Source: an uncultured Actinomycetota bacterium (GTDB lineage: Bacteria; Actinomycetota; Actinomycetes; Actinomycetales; Dermatophilaceae). Taken from it: 64,000 bases of DNA. Below, in pieces: positions 1 through 10,756 of the stretch; positions within the stretch are counted from its first letter, which is position 1, and each line of letters opens with the position of its first letter. The notes beneath the pieces were generated by a model. That model ran no database searches. It was given only the letters and a program-made list of their open reading frames with translations, and was not told the DNA's origin. Made by a program: the position numbers and the translations under genes. The stretch is taken from assembly GCA_963745545.1 (NCBI GenBank), contig CAVUXS010000002.1, positions 730,982 to 794,981 of the forward strand, given 5' to 3'.

Positions 1-191
1 GCGCGAACTGGAGGTACGACTGCGAGTCGTAGGCCCGTCGGGTGCTTTCCCTCCACCCGTAGGCGATACCCGCCTCGATCAGTTCGTGGAAGCTGACCGA
101 GGGCACACCACTCGACGTCTGCAGCTTCACCCAGATCCCGGGCTCTGGCCGGGCTGGTGAGATTCGCGGAGCGACTGACCTGACGTCGGCA

Positions 192-587
192 CTACTCGCG
201 GCGTTGCTCGAGGTAGGTGCGGGCGACGCCGGTCGGGGCGTGCACCAGCCACGCGTCGAGCAAGGACTCGCGAAGGTCGTTCTCGCTCGCACTCGCCAGG
301 TGCAACAGGACCGCCGGATAACCGTCGAAGTGCGGGATGGTGAACAGGTACTCATGATGCGCCTGGAGCAGGGACTCCTTGTCCTCCAGCCCATCGGTCA
401 CCAGCGCGAGGATGGGGCCCTGAGGCACCGGATCCCCGGAGAAGCGCTTGATGTCGGCCTTGCTGAACGGCCGCTCCCAGGCGAACCCCTTGTCCCCCAC
501 AGCCCACGTCCGGTGGCCGTGCCGGGTGCCTTCGGAGATGGCCGGCAGCATCGCGACAAGCCGCTCGACGTCCCCGAAATCGGCCAT
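192..587 (-). CDS. MmcQ/YjbR family DNA-binding protein
   Basis: ATG at 587; MADFGDVERLVAMLP...TWAVGDKGFAWERPFSKAD...FTIPHFDGYPAVL...LDAWLVHAP is typical of actinobacterial YjbR proteins. Confidence 0.85.
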   Translation of the reverse strand: MADFGDVERLVAMLPAISEGTRHGHRTWAVGDKGFAWERPFSKADIKRFSGDPVPQGPILALVTDGLEDKESLLQAHHEYLFTIPHFDGYPAVLLHLASASENDLRESLLDAWLVHAPTGVARTYLEQRRE

Positions 588-655
588 CGGGCCAGCGTAG
601 CGCCGGTTCCAGCCAGCCGTTCTGTGGTTCCTCGAGGAGGCGGATATCGGCGTAC

Positions 656-1310
656 TCAGGCCTGCTTGCGCTGTTGCCTCTTGGCCACCGTGAGGTCGCT
701 GAGGCGCTCGGCGTCGGCGCGCGTCCTGGCGGCGGACTGCTTGGTCGTGCGGGCGTCGTCGAGCTCGGACTTCGCTGCGCGCTGGGCGGCCTGCTTCTTG
801 GCCTCGGCGGCGGAGTCGACGCGCGCCTTGCGCTGCTACGACGGTGGCGGTGCGCCGGGCCGCCCGCTTGTCGGCGGCCGCCTTCTTCGACGAGGCCGTC
901 TTGGTGGCCTTGGCCCTGGCCTCGCGACTTGCCGCGCGCCTCGGCGGCGTCGGCCTCCTTCGAGACCGGAGACGACTCGCTTCTGGGCGGCGTTGCGCTT
1001 CTGAGCGGCCTGTCGACGTACCGGCGGCAGCGGTCTCGCGGGCCTGCTCGCGTCGTGTGGCGGCCTCCTGCTCGAGCTGGGCGGCCAGCTGGAGCTTGTC
1101 GGAGCGCTCGATGCGGTCAGCGCCGCGCTGGGCGATCTTGCCGGTTGCGCAGCAAGGCCCCGGCGAGCTGGTCGGACAGAGCCGATGGCTCGGTCCAGGG
1201 CTCACTCGCGGGCACGGAGGTCTCCGGCAGCCGCGGACAGGCTGGTATCGAGCGACAGCCAGGGGAAGGCGGGCGAGCTCGTAGGGAAGGGCGATGACGG
1301 TGCTGATCAT
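656..1310 (-). CDS. Ala/Lys/Arg-rich coiled-coil hypothetical protein (type often auto-labelled 'IF2 family'), frameshifted
   Basis: MISTVIALPYELARLPL...KIAQRGADRIERSDKL...TVAKRQQRKQA stop; reconstructed across several indels; directly downstream of the CsbD-like gene. Confidence 0.6.
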
Positions 1311-1318
1311 GGTGGTCC

Positions 1319-1853
1319 TCACTTCTCGGTCTGGGCGCGCAGCTGCGCGGCCTGCTGGTCGGCGGCGGCGGCCTCGCGCTCGAGGCGACGCTTCTCGGCG
1401 GCGGCCTGCTGCTCGGTGGAGTCCGCGTCGGCCGCGATGGCCTCGGCTTCGCGCAGCCGGGACTCGGCGAGCTCATCGGCCCGCTGCTCGGCGGCCTCGC
1501 GACCCGCGGCCTCCTGCTGCTCGGCCTCGCGGGCGGCGACCGCGTGCTCGCCGTCGCGCTGCCGCTCGACGCACGGACTCCTCGCGCTCGGCCTGGGCCT
1601 GCGCCGCGCCCTTCGCGCTCGGCGGCCTCCCGGCTGGTCTCGCGCATGCTCCTGCGTGGCCTCCTCGGCGCTTGGCGTCGGCGACCGCCTCGTCGGCGAG
1701 GGCGGCCTTGCGGTTGCGGGCCTCGGCCTGCTGGAGCTGCCCCTCCTCCACCAGGTCGTCCTTGCCGCTCACGGCGCCGGCCACTTCCTTGGCCTTGCCC
1801 TCGACGCTGTCGAGCAGTCCCTCGCGGGCCTGTGCTGCTTTGTCGTTGCTCAT
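1319..1853 (-). CDS. CsbD-like stress protein with coiled-coil extension, frameshifted
   Basis: MSNDKAAQAREGLLDSVEGKAKEVAGAVSGKDDLVEEGQLQQAEA resembles the CsbD motif; TGA at 1319-1321. Confidence 0.7.
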
Positions 1854-2435
1854 GGACCACCCGTGCCCCGAGCACCGGACCTGAACCCCTCGTGCCGCCG
1901 TGACCTGGGTCTCAGGCCGCCAGACCATGTCGGCTTCTCGCGCGACGGGGCGGACCGCGCAGATCCGGTGAATCCCTGCCGGCCTGTCGCATTCGGGAGA
2001 GTCGTTCGTAGGACAGGTGACAGGTGGTGGACGCGCCTGCACAGCGCTCACGGTCCGTCCAGGTCGATCAGTCTGGCGGTGGGACGCGGTTCTGCACCTA
2101 CACCGACCACTGCTCGAGACCCGAACCCTCGACGGTCAGATCCAAGAGCTCATCTACCGACCCACCGTTCACTGACCTGCCCGAACTCGCGAGAGGACCT
2201 CCATCGTTCCGACGGACATCGACCCTCGAGCGCAACTTTCCGCCCCTGGCCCGCGGGGTCGCACCACGCAGGACAGCAGCCGTACCTTTGCCAGATGCGC
2301 ACCGAGGCTCTCGAGGAGCGTTTCGACGCGTCGACCTCGGACCATGGGGTCTGGCTCCCGCATCACCCGCGGCGTGGTCGTCGAGGGCACTGTCCCGCGC
2401 GAGCTCCGGATCATTTCGTTGGAGGGCGGACCGGC

Positions 2436-3407
2436 ATGTCGCTGACAAGGGAGCTCGGGTCGACGGGCATCGAGGTGACGCGGCTCTGCGCCGGCGCCGC
2501 CGCGTGGAGCCCTCTCGACCACCCACACGGTGGCAGCGACCCGGCCGAGTCGGCCGCTCTGGCCGACGCGCTCTTCCGTGGCGAGGTCGTGCGCTACCTC
2601 GACACCTCGAACAGCTACGGGGGCGGCGAGAGCGAGCGGCGAATCGGCACTGCGCTGCGCCGGGCCGCCGGGGGCATCCCGGCCGGATTCGTCCTGCAGA
2701 CCAAGGCGGACCGCGACATGGCGACCGGCGACTTCTCCGGGTCCCGGATGCGCGAGTCGATCGCCGAGAGCCTGGAGCGTCTCGGCCTCACTCACCTGCC
2801 GATCGTCTTCCTCCACGATCCCGAGAACACCACGTGGGAGCGGGCCACGGCCGCCGACGGACCGGTCGCGGCTCTCGTCGCCGCCCGCGACGAAGGCCTG
2901 ATCGGACACCTCGGCCTGTCGGGCGGACCCGTAGGGCTGCTGACCCGCTTCCTCGAGACCGGCCACTTCGAGGCAGTCATCACCCACAACCGGTACACCT
3001 TGGTCGATCGCAGCGCGGACCCGCTGCTCGACCTCGCCGCCGCGCACGGGATCGGCGTACTCAATGCGGCACCGTACGGCGGCGGCATGCTGACCCGCTG
3101 GCCCGTTGTTCGCAGCCGGTACGCGTATGGCGAGGCGCCGGCGGCGCTGATCGAGGCGGCCAACGAGATGGGCAGGCTGTGCGCCGACGCGGGTGTGCCC
3201 ATCGCCGCGGCCGCCCTGCAGTTCTCGACCCGAGACCCGCGGATCACCTCGACGATCGTCGGGATGCGCACGGTCGGCGACCTCGAGGCGTCGATCGAGC
3301 TCGACGAGATCGACATCCCAGAGGAGCTCTGGGCCGCTCTGCTCGCCGTTCCGCTCGACCCATCGACCTGGCAGGACGCCGGCCGCTCCGCGCGGCGCCG
3401 CCCCTAG
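2436..3407 (+). CDS. Aldo/keto reductase
   Basis: RELGSTGIEVTRL, DTSNSYGGGESERRIG, SLERLG...LHDPE, IGHLGLSG, AALQF motifs; GGAGG upstream. Confidence 0.9.
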   Translation: MSLTRELGSTGIEVTRLCAGAAAWSPLDHPHGGSDPAESAALADALFRGEVVRYLDTSNSYGGGESERRIGTALRRAAGGIPAGFVLQTKADRDMATGDFSGSRMRESIAESLERLGLTHLPIVFLHDPENTTWERATAADGPVAALVAARDEGLIGHLGLSGGPVGLLTRFLETGHFEAVITHNRYTLVDRSADPLLDLAAAHGIGVLNAAPYGGGMLTRWPVVRSRYAYGEAPAALIEAANEMGRLCADAGVPIAAAALQFSTRDPRITSTIVGMRTVGDLEASIELDEIDIPEELWAALLAVPLDPSTWQDAGRSARRRP

Positions 3408-3590
3408 AGGCGCCCGAGCAGCCACAGCGCCGCTCGCGACACCAGCAGCCGCCGCGGGGCGCTCCGGTACCACCACTCGTCGTGGCCGAGAGCGTCGTAG
3501 ACGACCCGCGCACCGCCGTAGTCGTGAGTCCACAGCAGCGGATGCCGCGCGCCGTCATGCTCGTGCCACGCCAGCCCGCGCACCGGAGAT
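3404..3590 (-). pseudogene. C-terminal remnant of a ThuA-like domain protein
   Basis: Manual minus-strand translation: VRGLAWHEHDGARHPLLWTHDYGGARVVYDALGHDEWWYRSAPRRLLVSRAALWLLGRL stop; in-frame TGA just upstream, N-terminus absent. Confidence 0.65.
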
Positions 3591-4156
3591 CAGGAGGGCA
3601 CGAGCGGTCATCGACCGCAGTCTAGAGTCGGTTCGTCTCAGCGGGACAGCGCAGTCTGGGGCCGGCATCAAAGTCGCTCTGTCCCAGGCGAAGACGCAGA
3701 GCCACGCGGGCGTGCTGGCAGGCATGAGGGCATGGCTGCACGTTGGAGCCGGTGCGCCACGTCTTCGTGCCACGGGCCCGAGCAGTCGTGACAGGTTCAT
3801 GGCAACCGGGCAGCAGACCGCAGTGAGCGGCGAGACCGTAGGCATCTACCTCCTCCGCAACACGGCTGCCGTACCTGACTCGTCTCGTCCGAAGCCGTAC
3901 GAGCGGATTGCGGCTGTCGGGACGGGGGGTGCGCCGACGGACGGACAAACGGCCCGCTGACAAGCCCAGCCGTGCCCGAGCAACCACCGGTGACAGCCCT
4001 TTGTCCGTCCGTGGAGGCAGCGGCAGGGCGCCCCAAACGAGAACGAGAGGTCAAGACATGCCCGGCGCTGGCCCGCGGGCTCGCTGGGTGGCGGTGGTTG
4101 TTTCCGGCGCCCGGTCGGCCCCCACGCGTGCAGGCCTGCTGGCGCTCAGCGCGTCA

Positions 4157-5839
4157 TCACGACGAACCGTCGGCACGCGGTCGGCACGCGTCGACGGCGG
4201 CGGTCACCGTGCCGTGGAAGTGGTCGGTACCGATCGTCTCGACCAGGCCGACCGCGTCGAGACGCTCGCGCAGCTCCAGGGTCGCGCGGGCGAGGTGGAG
4301 TTCAATGTTGCGCTCTCTCAGCCCGTCGATGACCTCACGCAGTGCCTCCTCGGCGCTTGCGTCGATGTCGCTGATGAACGAGCCGTCGAGCACGACGTGC
4401 CGCACGGGCTTGGGTGCACCGTCCACCGCGGCCCAGAGCCGGCGCTTGAAGTAGTGGGCGTTTGCGAAGAAGAGCCGGTCCTGGATGCGGTAGACGACCA
4501 CCCCAGCGGTGATGCCGGCATCAGGGTGCTCGACGACGTCGACGTACCGGTCCTCGGAGGCGGACCAGCCGAGCACGGCGTCCGCGGGGCGGGCCGCGCG
4601 GCGGATGATGTCGGCGACCGACAGCACCACGGCCACGACGATCGCCTGCAGCACTCCGACCATGACGACACACGCGACGGTGATGGCGGCGATCACCACC
4701 TCGACCCTGCTGCTGCGAGTCAGGGCCTGCCACTGGGCGGGGTCGATCAGCTTGGCCCCGGCATACATGATGATCGCGGCGAGCACGGCGGAGGGCAGGT
4801 ACTGGATGGGTCCCGTGAGGAACATCAGGATGGCGGCGATGGCCCCCGCGGCGGCCAGCCCGCTGACCTGGCTGGTCGCACCCATGTCGTCATTGACCGC
4901 CGTGCGCGATCCGCTGGTGCCGACCGGGATGCCCTGGGTGACGCCGGCAGCGATCTGGGCGACCCCGAACGCGAGCAGCTCCTGGTTGGCATCGACGACC
5001 TCGTGGTGGCGTGCAGCGAAGGAGCGCGAGATGAGGATGGAGTCGGAGAACGCGACGAGGAAGACAGCCAGTGCCGGCAGGACGAGGGAGCGGACATCGC
5101 CGGGGCTCAGGTCGGGCACCTCCAGCCCGGGCAGGCCGCTGGGAACGGGACCGGTGATCGACACACCCTGGCCCGCGAGATCCAGTGCCCACGACGCGGC
5201 GATGCCCGCGACGACGAGGATGAGCGCGCCAGGGATACGGTTGTTGACCCGTCCCGCCACGACCAGGAAGGCGATGGACAACGCGCCGACGACGACCGTG
5301 ACGCCGTTGGCGTCTCCGAGGTGTCGCAGGATGTCGATGGTCTCGCGGATGGCGTCGTCCTCGTCGCTGGAGATGCCGAGCAGCTTGCCGAGCTGGCCGA
5401 GGATGAGCACGACAGCGACCCCGGTGATGTAGCCGACCAGCACCGCTTGGGAGAAGTAGTCGGCGATCCAGCCGATGCGGGCCACCCGCGCCACGAGGAA
5501 GACCGCCCCGACCATGACCGCGAGCATCGCGGCGAGGGCGGCGTACTGCGCGCTCCCGCTGGCGGCCAGCGGGGCGATCGCCGTCGCGACGAGCAGCGCG
5601 ACGGTGCCCTCAGGCCCGACGGCCACCCGCGGCGCGGACCCAAGGAAGGCGTACGCCAGGACCGGGAGCAGCAGCGCGTAAAGGCCGGCGCTGACCGGGA
5701 CACCGGCCAGCTGCGCGTACGCCATGGACGCCGGCAGCGCCAGCGCCGCCACCGTGACCCCGGCAACGACGTCGGTGCGCAGCCGGCCGCCCGAGTAGCC
5801 GGCCATCGACCTCGCGAACGGCACGTACCGCGTCGTCAT
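4157..5839 (-). CDS. SulP family anion transporter with C-terminal STAS domain
   Basis: DVVAGVTVAALALPASMAYAQLAG, GLYA, NQELLAFGVAQ, SGSRTAVN, RLFFANA, VVLDGSFISDIDASA; start may be ~5908. Confidence 0.93.
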   Translation of the reverse strand: MTTRYVPFARSMAGYSGGRLRTDVVAGVTVAALALPASMAYAQLAGVPVSAGLYALLLPVLAYAFLGSAPRVAVGPEGTVALLVATAIAPLAASGSAQYAALAAMLAVMVGAVFLVARVARIGWIADYFSQAVLVGYITGVAVVLILGQLGKLLGISSDEDDAIRETIDILRHLGDANGVTVVVGALSIAFLVVAGRVNNRIPGALILVVAGIAASWALDLAGQGVSITGPVPSGLPGLEVPDLSPGDVRSLVLPALAVFLVAFSDSILISRSFAARHHEVVDANQELLAFGVAQIAAGVTQGIPVGTSGSRTAVNDDMGATSQVSGLAAAGAIAAILMFLTGPIQYLPSAVLAAIIMYAGAKLIDPAQWQALTRSSRVEVVIAAITVACVVMVGVLQAIVVAVVLSVADIIRRAARPADAVLGWSASEDRYVDVVEHPDAGITAGVVVYRIQDRLFFANAHYFKRRLWAAVDGAPKPVRHVVLDGSFISDIDASAEEALREVIDGLRERNIELHLARATLELRERLDAVGLVETIGTDHFHGTVTAAVDACRPRADGSS

Positions 5840-6494
5840 CGGCGGCCGGCTCGCCGACGCGAACGCGCCGCGCCCCTTGTAGGCCTTGCTGAACGGCTGC
5901 ACGTTCATACCCGATCGCAGCGGGTGGCACCCGTCATCGCCCGACGAGGATGACTCGCTGGTAGCGAGAGCCTCCCAAAGGTAGTCCCGGAGCGGTGCTT
6001 CGAGGCCCGCGGGGCCTGTCGCAACGGAGCTGGCGGCCGTGGACTGAGCGAACACGCCTGCCCTGGACCCCGGTGGCGACCTCCGGCACCAGAAGTCGGG
6101 GGCGCGACCACGGCGTCTCAAGCCAAGGGAAACCCCCTGCCCGGAAGCCCGCCGTAGACCGCCTTCTCCTTGTGGCACCGACGGCACAGGTCAAACGCGG
6201 CACCCGCCCCTCCGACGTTGGGGTTGCGTTGGTGCTCCCAGTCGTGACGACCAATGAGACATAGCAGGCGATTCATGAGGCACCTCACTCACAAGCAGAT
6301 CCCAAGTGTCCGCCCTTCTCATTCGCCGGGTCAACGGCCGACGGCATTCGACGGCGGATACGGCTGCACCCCCGCAACTTGGCCGATCCGCAACATCCGC
6401 TCACGCAATCGAGCGGAGGATCAACTGGCGGCGATGACGCGGCTGGGTCGCCTACATGTCGACGCCCGTTCTCGCGCGCCGCAAGCCCGGTGAA

Positions 6495-6944
6495 CTACCC
6501 GGCTGCCGGGCGCGGAGTGACGGTCTGACCACCCCACTGCTCTGGCGCGACGTCGATCAGGGTCTGGTTGAGCACCCACTGGTGCCCGAACGGGTCATCG
6601 ACGGCGGCCTGCCGCTCGCCGTACTCCCAGTCGTGCTGAGGGTCAACCAGCGTCGCGCCTCGGGCCACAGCCGCCTCGACCACGCTGGCGACGTCCTCGA
6701 CCTTGAGCATCACCTGGTGCGATCGTCCGTGCTGCGGCGTTCGCCGTCCGGGCCGAACCTCAGCGACCACCACCTCGGCCGCCTGCCCGTCTGGCAGGCC
6801 GAGCTGAGCGCGATGCCCTTCGCCGATGCGGACGTGTTCGACGAATCCGAACACCTCGCCGTACCACGCGACCGCCGCTCGGACATCAGCCACCGTCAGC
6901 ACGGGAGTCACGCGAGCATGAGGCGCCGACCGGTTCATGAGCAC
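6495..6944 (-). CDS. VOC/glyoxalase family protein
   Basis: PVLTVADVRAAVAWYGEVFGF...YGERQAAVDDPFGHQWVL. Confidence 0.88.
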   Translation of the reverse strand: MLMNRSAPHARVTPVLTVADVRAAVAWYGEVFGFVEHVRIGEGHRAQLGLPDGQAAEVVVAEVRPGRRTPQHGRSHQVMLKVEDVASVVEAAVARGATLVDPQHDWEYGERQAAVDDPFGHQWVLNQTLIDVAPEQWGGQTVTPRPAAG

Positions 6945-7099
6945 CCGGCCACACTAGATCGAAGCGGCCGCCGTGCCCAGAGAGCCGCGACGGCCGACTC
7001 CAGCACCGCAGGCGGTGATGTGACGCGTGTTCAGGGGCGCTCGTGGGAGCGTCGGGCTGCGTCACATGGGCCCGGCAGGCGCGCCGCTACGCTGCGCGG

Positions 7100-7402
7100 G
7101 TGACCCCAGAAGACGTGGCCGAGTATGTGGAGTCACTCCCGCTGGTCAAGCGCAAAGGATCCGAGTCCCGTCCTGGCTGGTACGTCCACAACCGGTTGGT
7201 CGTGCGCCTGCAGGACCCAAAGACGTTGGTGATTCGGGTTCCGCTGAGCGAACGAGAGTCGTTGCTGGAGGCATACCCGGACAGTTTCGGCGTGCCGCCT
7301 CGAATGGAGGCTCACCACAAGGTCGAGGCCTATCTCGATGACGCCCAGCCCGAGGCTGTGCGCGCCGCCATCGACCTCGCCTGGGACATGCAACGTCGCT
7401 GA
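7100..7402 (+). CDS. MmcQ/YjbR family protein
   Basis: GTG at 7100; VTPEDVAEYVESLP...PGWYVHNRLVVRL...RESLLEAYPDSF...AIDLAWDMQRR. Confidence 0.7.
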   Translation: MTPEDVAEYVESLPLVKRKGSESRPGWYVHNRLVVRLQDPKTLVIRVPLSERESLLEAYPDSFGVPPRMEAHHKVEAYLDDAQPEAVRAAIDLAWDMQRR

Positions 7403-7434
7403 GGATCGACCCAGCCGACACTGCTACCGGGTGA

Positions 7435-7647
7435 CTGACGCTGAGCACGGTCCGCGCCGAGCTCGCGCGCATCGTGGAGCAGCGCTCCACCGGCGACCCC
7501 CACCTGCGCTATCTCGACGGCCGTCTCCTGTACGGCGAGGACGACGCGGTCGCGCTCCCACTGCCCGACCGGCTCCACCCCGACCCGGCCACACACCGCC
7601 TCATGGGGGACCGGTTGCGCCGCCCTCGCCCTCCATCCAGGCGCTGA
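7435..7647 (+). pseudogene. C-terminal remnant of an SGNH/GDSL lipase
   Basis: Manual translation LTLSTVRAELARIVEQRSTGDPHLRYLDGRLLYGEDDAVALPLPDRLHPDPATHRLMGDRL (DxLHP block); preceded by in-frame TGA at 7432. Confidence 0.65.
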
Positions 7648-7691
7648 GCTGGCGGAGGCAGGCGACGAGCGGACGCGACAAGATGGGGCGC

Positions 7692-8190
7692 ATGCTCGCT
7701 GACCGTTGGGGTGTGACCGTCGAGGAGACGAGGCGGCACTACCCCTGTGACGACTTCGTCAACGCTCCGGCCCTCGAGGCGTGGCGCGCAGTCGACATCG
7801 CGGCGGCGGCGGACGTGGTGTGGCCGTGGGTTACCCAACTGAGAGTCGCACCGTACTCCTACGACTGGATCGACAACCTCGGTCGCCGCTCACCTCGACA
7901 CCTACTGGACCTGCCCGAACCCGAGGTAGGCAGCAACTTCACCAGCGTCGGAGGGCGCCCGCGAGGTCGAATCGTCTCCCTGGACCCTGGTCGACAACTG
8001 ACCGGCGCCCTCATGGGCGCCCACATGTCCTACGTGCTGTTCCCCCGAGGTGAGCTCGCCACCCGCCTCCTCCTCAAGGTCGTCATGCAGGCCACCCATT
8101 TCGCCGTCGCCTTGTCCCTGGGCGACCTCGTGATGGCCCGCCGCCAGTTGCTCAACCTCAAGCTCCTCGCCGAGCTGGAGCAACAACCGA
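7692..8190 (+). CDS. SRPBCC/polyketide-cyclase-like protein (3' end uncertain, expected stop not seen)
   Basis: MLADRWGVTVEETRRHYPCDD...WRAVDIAAAADVVWPWVTQLRVAPYSYDWIDNLGRRSP...GDLVMARRQLLNLK. Confidence 0.7.
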
Positions 8191-8319
8191 GGCTTCCCGA
8201 CACGCTGACATCGCTCACCCACTGTGAAAAGACTTCGATACTTGATGTCGAAGACCCTCACGGCCGTTCGACGTACGTGCGAGAAGCAACACCCCGGCAA
8301 CCAGGAGGAGTGATCGACG

Positions 8320-8698
8320 ATGCCGCGTTTCATGGGATTCGTGAGGATGGAAGAGGACATCGGCACGCCGCCGCAGGCGCTGTTCGACGCGATGGACGTC
8401 CACATCGGCGAGCGGGCCGCCAGGGCGTCTTCCTCGACGGCGGCGGGCTCTACGGCACCGAGGACGCCGTCAACTTCGTCGTCCGCAAGGGCGAGATCAC
8501 CCGGGTCGACGGGCCGTACGCCGAGGCCAAGGAGGTCGTCGGCGGGCTGGTCGATCCTGCAGTACGACACCCTCGAGGAGGCGGTGGCCGACCAGCAGGA
8601 GTTCGCCGAGCTGCACGCCAAGCACTGGCCCGAGGTCACCGTGGTCTCGACCCTGCGCCAGATCTCCGGACGGGCCGCCGGAGGCGCCCGACGCCTGA
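8320..8698 (+). CDS. YciI/YCII (DGPF-type) protein, frameshifted
   Basis: MPRFMGFVRMEE...GVFLDGGGLY...RVDGPYAEAKEVVGGWSILQ; GGAGG upstream. Confidence 0.8.
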
Positions 8699-8745
8699 CC
8701 GCGGGCTCACTACGCTGGCCAGCGTGCCGGCGGAGCCCAGTGCGG

Positions 8746-10027
8746 ATGACCACCACCGAGGCCATCACCGCCGCCTGGCGGGCCGAGTCGGCCCGCCTGG
8801 TCGGCGCACTCACCCGGATGACCCGCGACGTCGACCTCGCCGAGGACCTGGCGCAGGACGCGCTGGTGGCCGCGCTCGAGCAGTGGCCGACCACCGGCGT
8901 CCCGGACAACCCCGGCGCGTGGCTGATGACCACCGCCAAGCGGCGCGGCGTCGACCACTTCCGGCGCGCCGACACCCTACGGCGCAAGATCGCGGAGCTC
9001 GAGCACGCGCCGGGGAGAGGAGGACGGCGATGCCCGACCTCGACGCGCCAGGTCGACCACATCGAGGACGACGTCCTCCGGCTGATCTTCCTGTCCTGCC
9101 ACCCGTCGCTGACCGCCGGAGTCCCGGGCCGCGCTGACGCTGCGTCTGGTCGGCGGGCTGACCACCGCCGAGATCGCGCGCGGGTTCCTCGCCACCGAGT
9201 CCACGATGGGGCAGCGGATCTCTCGGGCCAAGAAGACGCTGACCGACGGCCCACGCCGAGTTCGAGCTGCCCACCGGCGACGGAGCGGACCCGGCGGCTC
9301 GACGACGTGATGGCCGTGATCTACCTGATCTTCAACGAGGGCTACACCGCCACCGCCGGCGACGACTGGATGCGCCCCGAGCTGACCAACGAGGCGATGC
9401 GGCTCGCCCGGATGCTGGCCGACGCTCGCTCCCGACGAGCCCGAGGTGCTCGGGCTGCAGGCGCTGCTGGAGATCCAGGGCTCGCGGATGCGCGGCCCGG
9501 CTCGACGAGCGACGGCGCGCCGGTCCTGCTCGAGGCACAGGACCGCAGTCGCTGGGACCAGCTGCTGATCCGGCGCGGCCTGGCCGCCCTGCAGCGGGCC
9601 GAGCAGCTCGCCGCGCGCGGCACAGCCGGTCGGGAGGTACTTCCTGCAGGCCTCGATCGCCGTCGCAGCACGCCCGCGCCGCACGTGCCGAGGACACGGA
9701 CTGGCGCCGGATCGCCGCTCTGTACGACGTCCTGGCCGAGGCGGCGCCCGGACCCGTCGTCGAGGTCAACCGGGCCGTCGCGCACGGGCGGGCGTTCGGC
9801 CCGGACGCGGGCCTCGCCGTGCTCGACGACGCTGGACGCGGGCGCCCTCGGCGACTCGCCGCTCGTGCCGAGCGTGCGCGGAGACCTGCTCGAACGGGCC
9901 GGCCTGCACGCGCGGGCCAGGCGAGGCGTTCACTGACGCGGCTACCCGCACCAGGAACGAGAGTGAGCGGGCCGTGCTGCAACGGCGGGCTCTGGAGAAC
10001 CTGACGTTCGGGTCGTCATCGAGGTGA
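8746..10027 (+). CDS. ECF sigma factor with long C-terminal extension (ECF42-like), frameshifted
   Basis: AEDLAQDALVAALEQWP...PGAWLMTTAKRR, DDVLRLIFLSCHP, IYLIFNEGY, QDRSRWD, VNRAVA; follows the DGPF-type gene. Confidence 0.85.
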
Positions 10028-10102
10028 CCCCCTCGCCGCCGGTCCACGGCACCCCGCTCGGCGATGGTCCGCACGGAGCGTCGGGTGGCGTAGCGTCCGA
10101 GA

Positions 10103-10756
10103 ATGCGCAGCTTCCAGGTAACGGATGTGGTTCGCTCCTACGCCGTCGCTCACGGATCATGGCGCCCCGACAGTGTGGTCCGTGAGCTGCAGGCTGAGAC
10201 GGCCAAGCTCGGGGACGTGGCAGCCATGCAGATCGGTGACGACCAGGGACAGTTGCTGACCATGCTCGCGCGGCTGACCGGCGCACGCCGGGCCGTCGAG
10301 GTGGGGACGTTCACCGGCTACTCGAGCATGTGCATCGCCCGGGGACTGGCCGAGGGAGGTTCGCTGCTGTGTTGCGACGTCAGCGAAGAGTGGACCGAGA
10401 TCGGCCGGCGTGCCTGGGCCGCCGCCGGCCTGGCCGACCGGATCGAGCTGCGTATCGGACCGGCGCTGGACACCTTGCGGGCGCTGCCCGCGGCGGCAGA
10501 CATCGACCTGGTCTTCATCGATGCGGACAAGCCCGGCTATGCCGCCTACTGGGCCGAGCTGGTGCCACGGGTCCGCCCCGGGGGACTGTTGCTCGCGGAC
10601 AACGTCCTGTGGAGCGGCCAGATCACCGATCCCGAGGTCACCGACGCGAACACCACCGCGTTGCGCGCCTTCAACGACCTGGTGGCCTCCGACGATCGCG
10701 TCGATACCGTGGTCCTGACGGCCTTCGATGGACTGACCATCGCCCGACGGCGGTGA
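10103..10756 (+). CDS. SAM-dependent O-methyltransferase (CCoAOMT-like)
   Basis: MQIGDDQGQLL, VEVGTFTGYSS, DLVFIDADK, ADNVLWSG, DGLTIAR. Confidence 0.93.
   Translation: MRSFQVTDVVRSYAVAHGSWRPDSVVRELQAETAKLGDVAAMQIGDDQGQLLTMLARLTGARRAVEVGTFTGYSSMCIARGLAEGGSLLCCDVSEEWTEIGRRAWAAAGLADRIELRIGPALDTLRALPAAADIDLVFIDADKPGYAAYWAELVPRVRPGGLLLADNVLWSGQITDPEVTDANTTALRAFNDLVASDDRVDTVVLTAFDGLTIARRR

Noticed and set aside
1-160. Possible minus-strand coding fragment (GIWVKLQTSSGVPSVSFHELIEAGIAYGW...) running off the left edge
   Set aside because: No recognisable family or clear start; too short to support
1185-2435. N-terminal ~417 aa of the 740-aa ORF 1185..3407
   Set aside because: Antisense of the CsbD-like gene plus intergenic DNA; the real AKR starts at 2436
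3908-5953. Long plus-strand ORF (681 aa) and similar long shadow ORFs (e.g. 24537-26357, 25865-28024, 28170-29762, 60394-62073)
   Set aside because: Antisense shadows of real genes, expected at high GC
7338-9137. Apparent SRPBCC-YCII-sigma fusion ORF
   Set aside because: Produced by indels and a missing stop; the YCII gene has its own RBS and start
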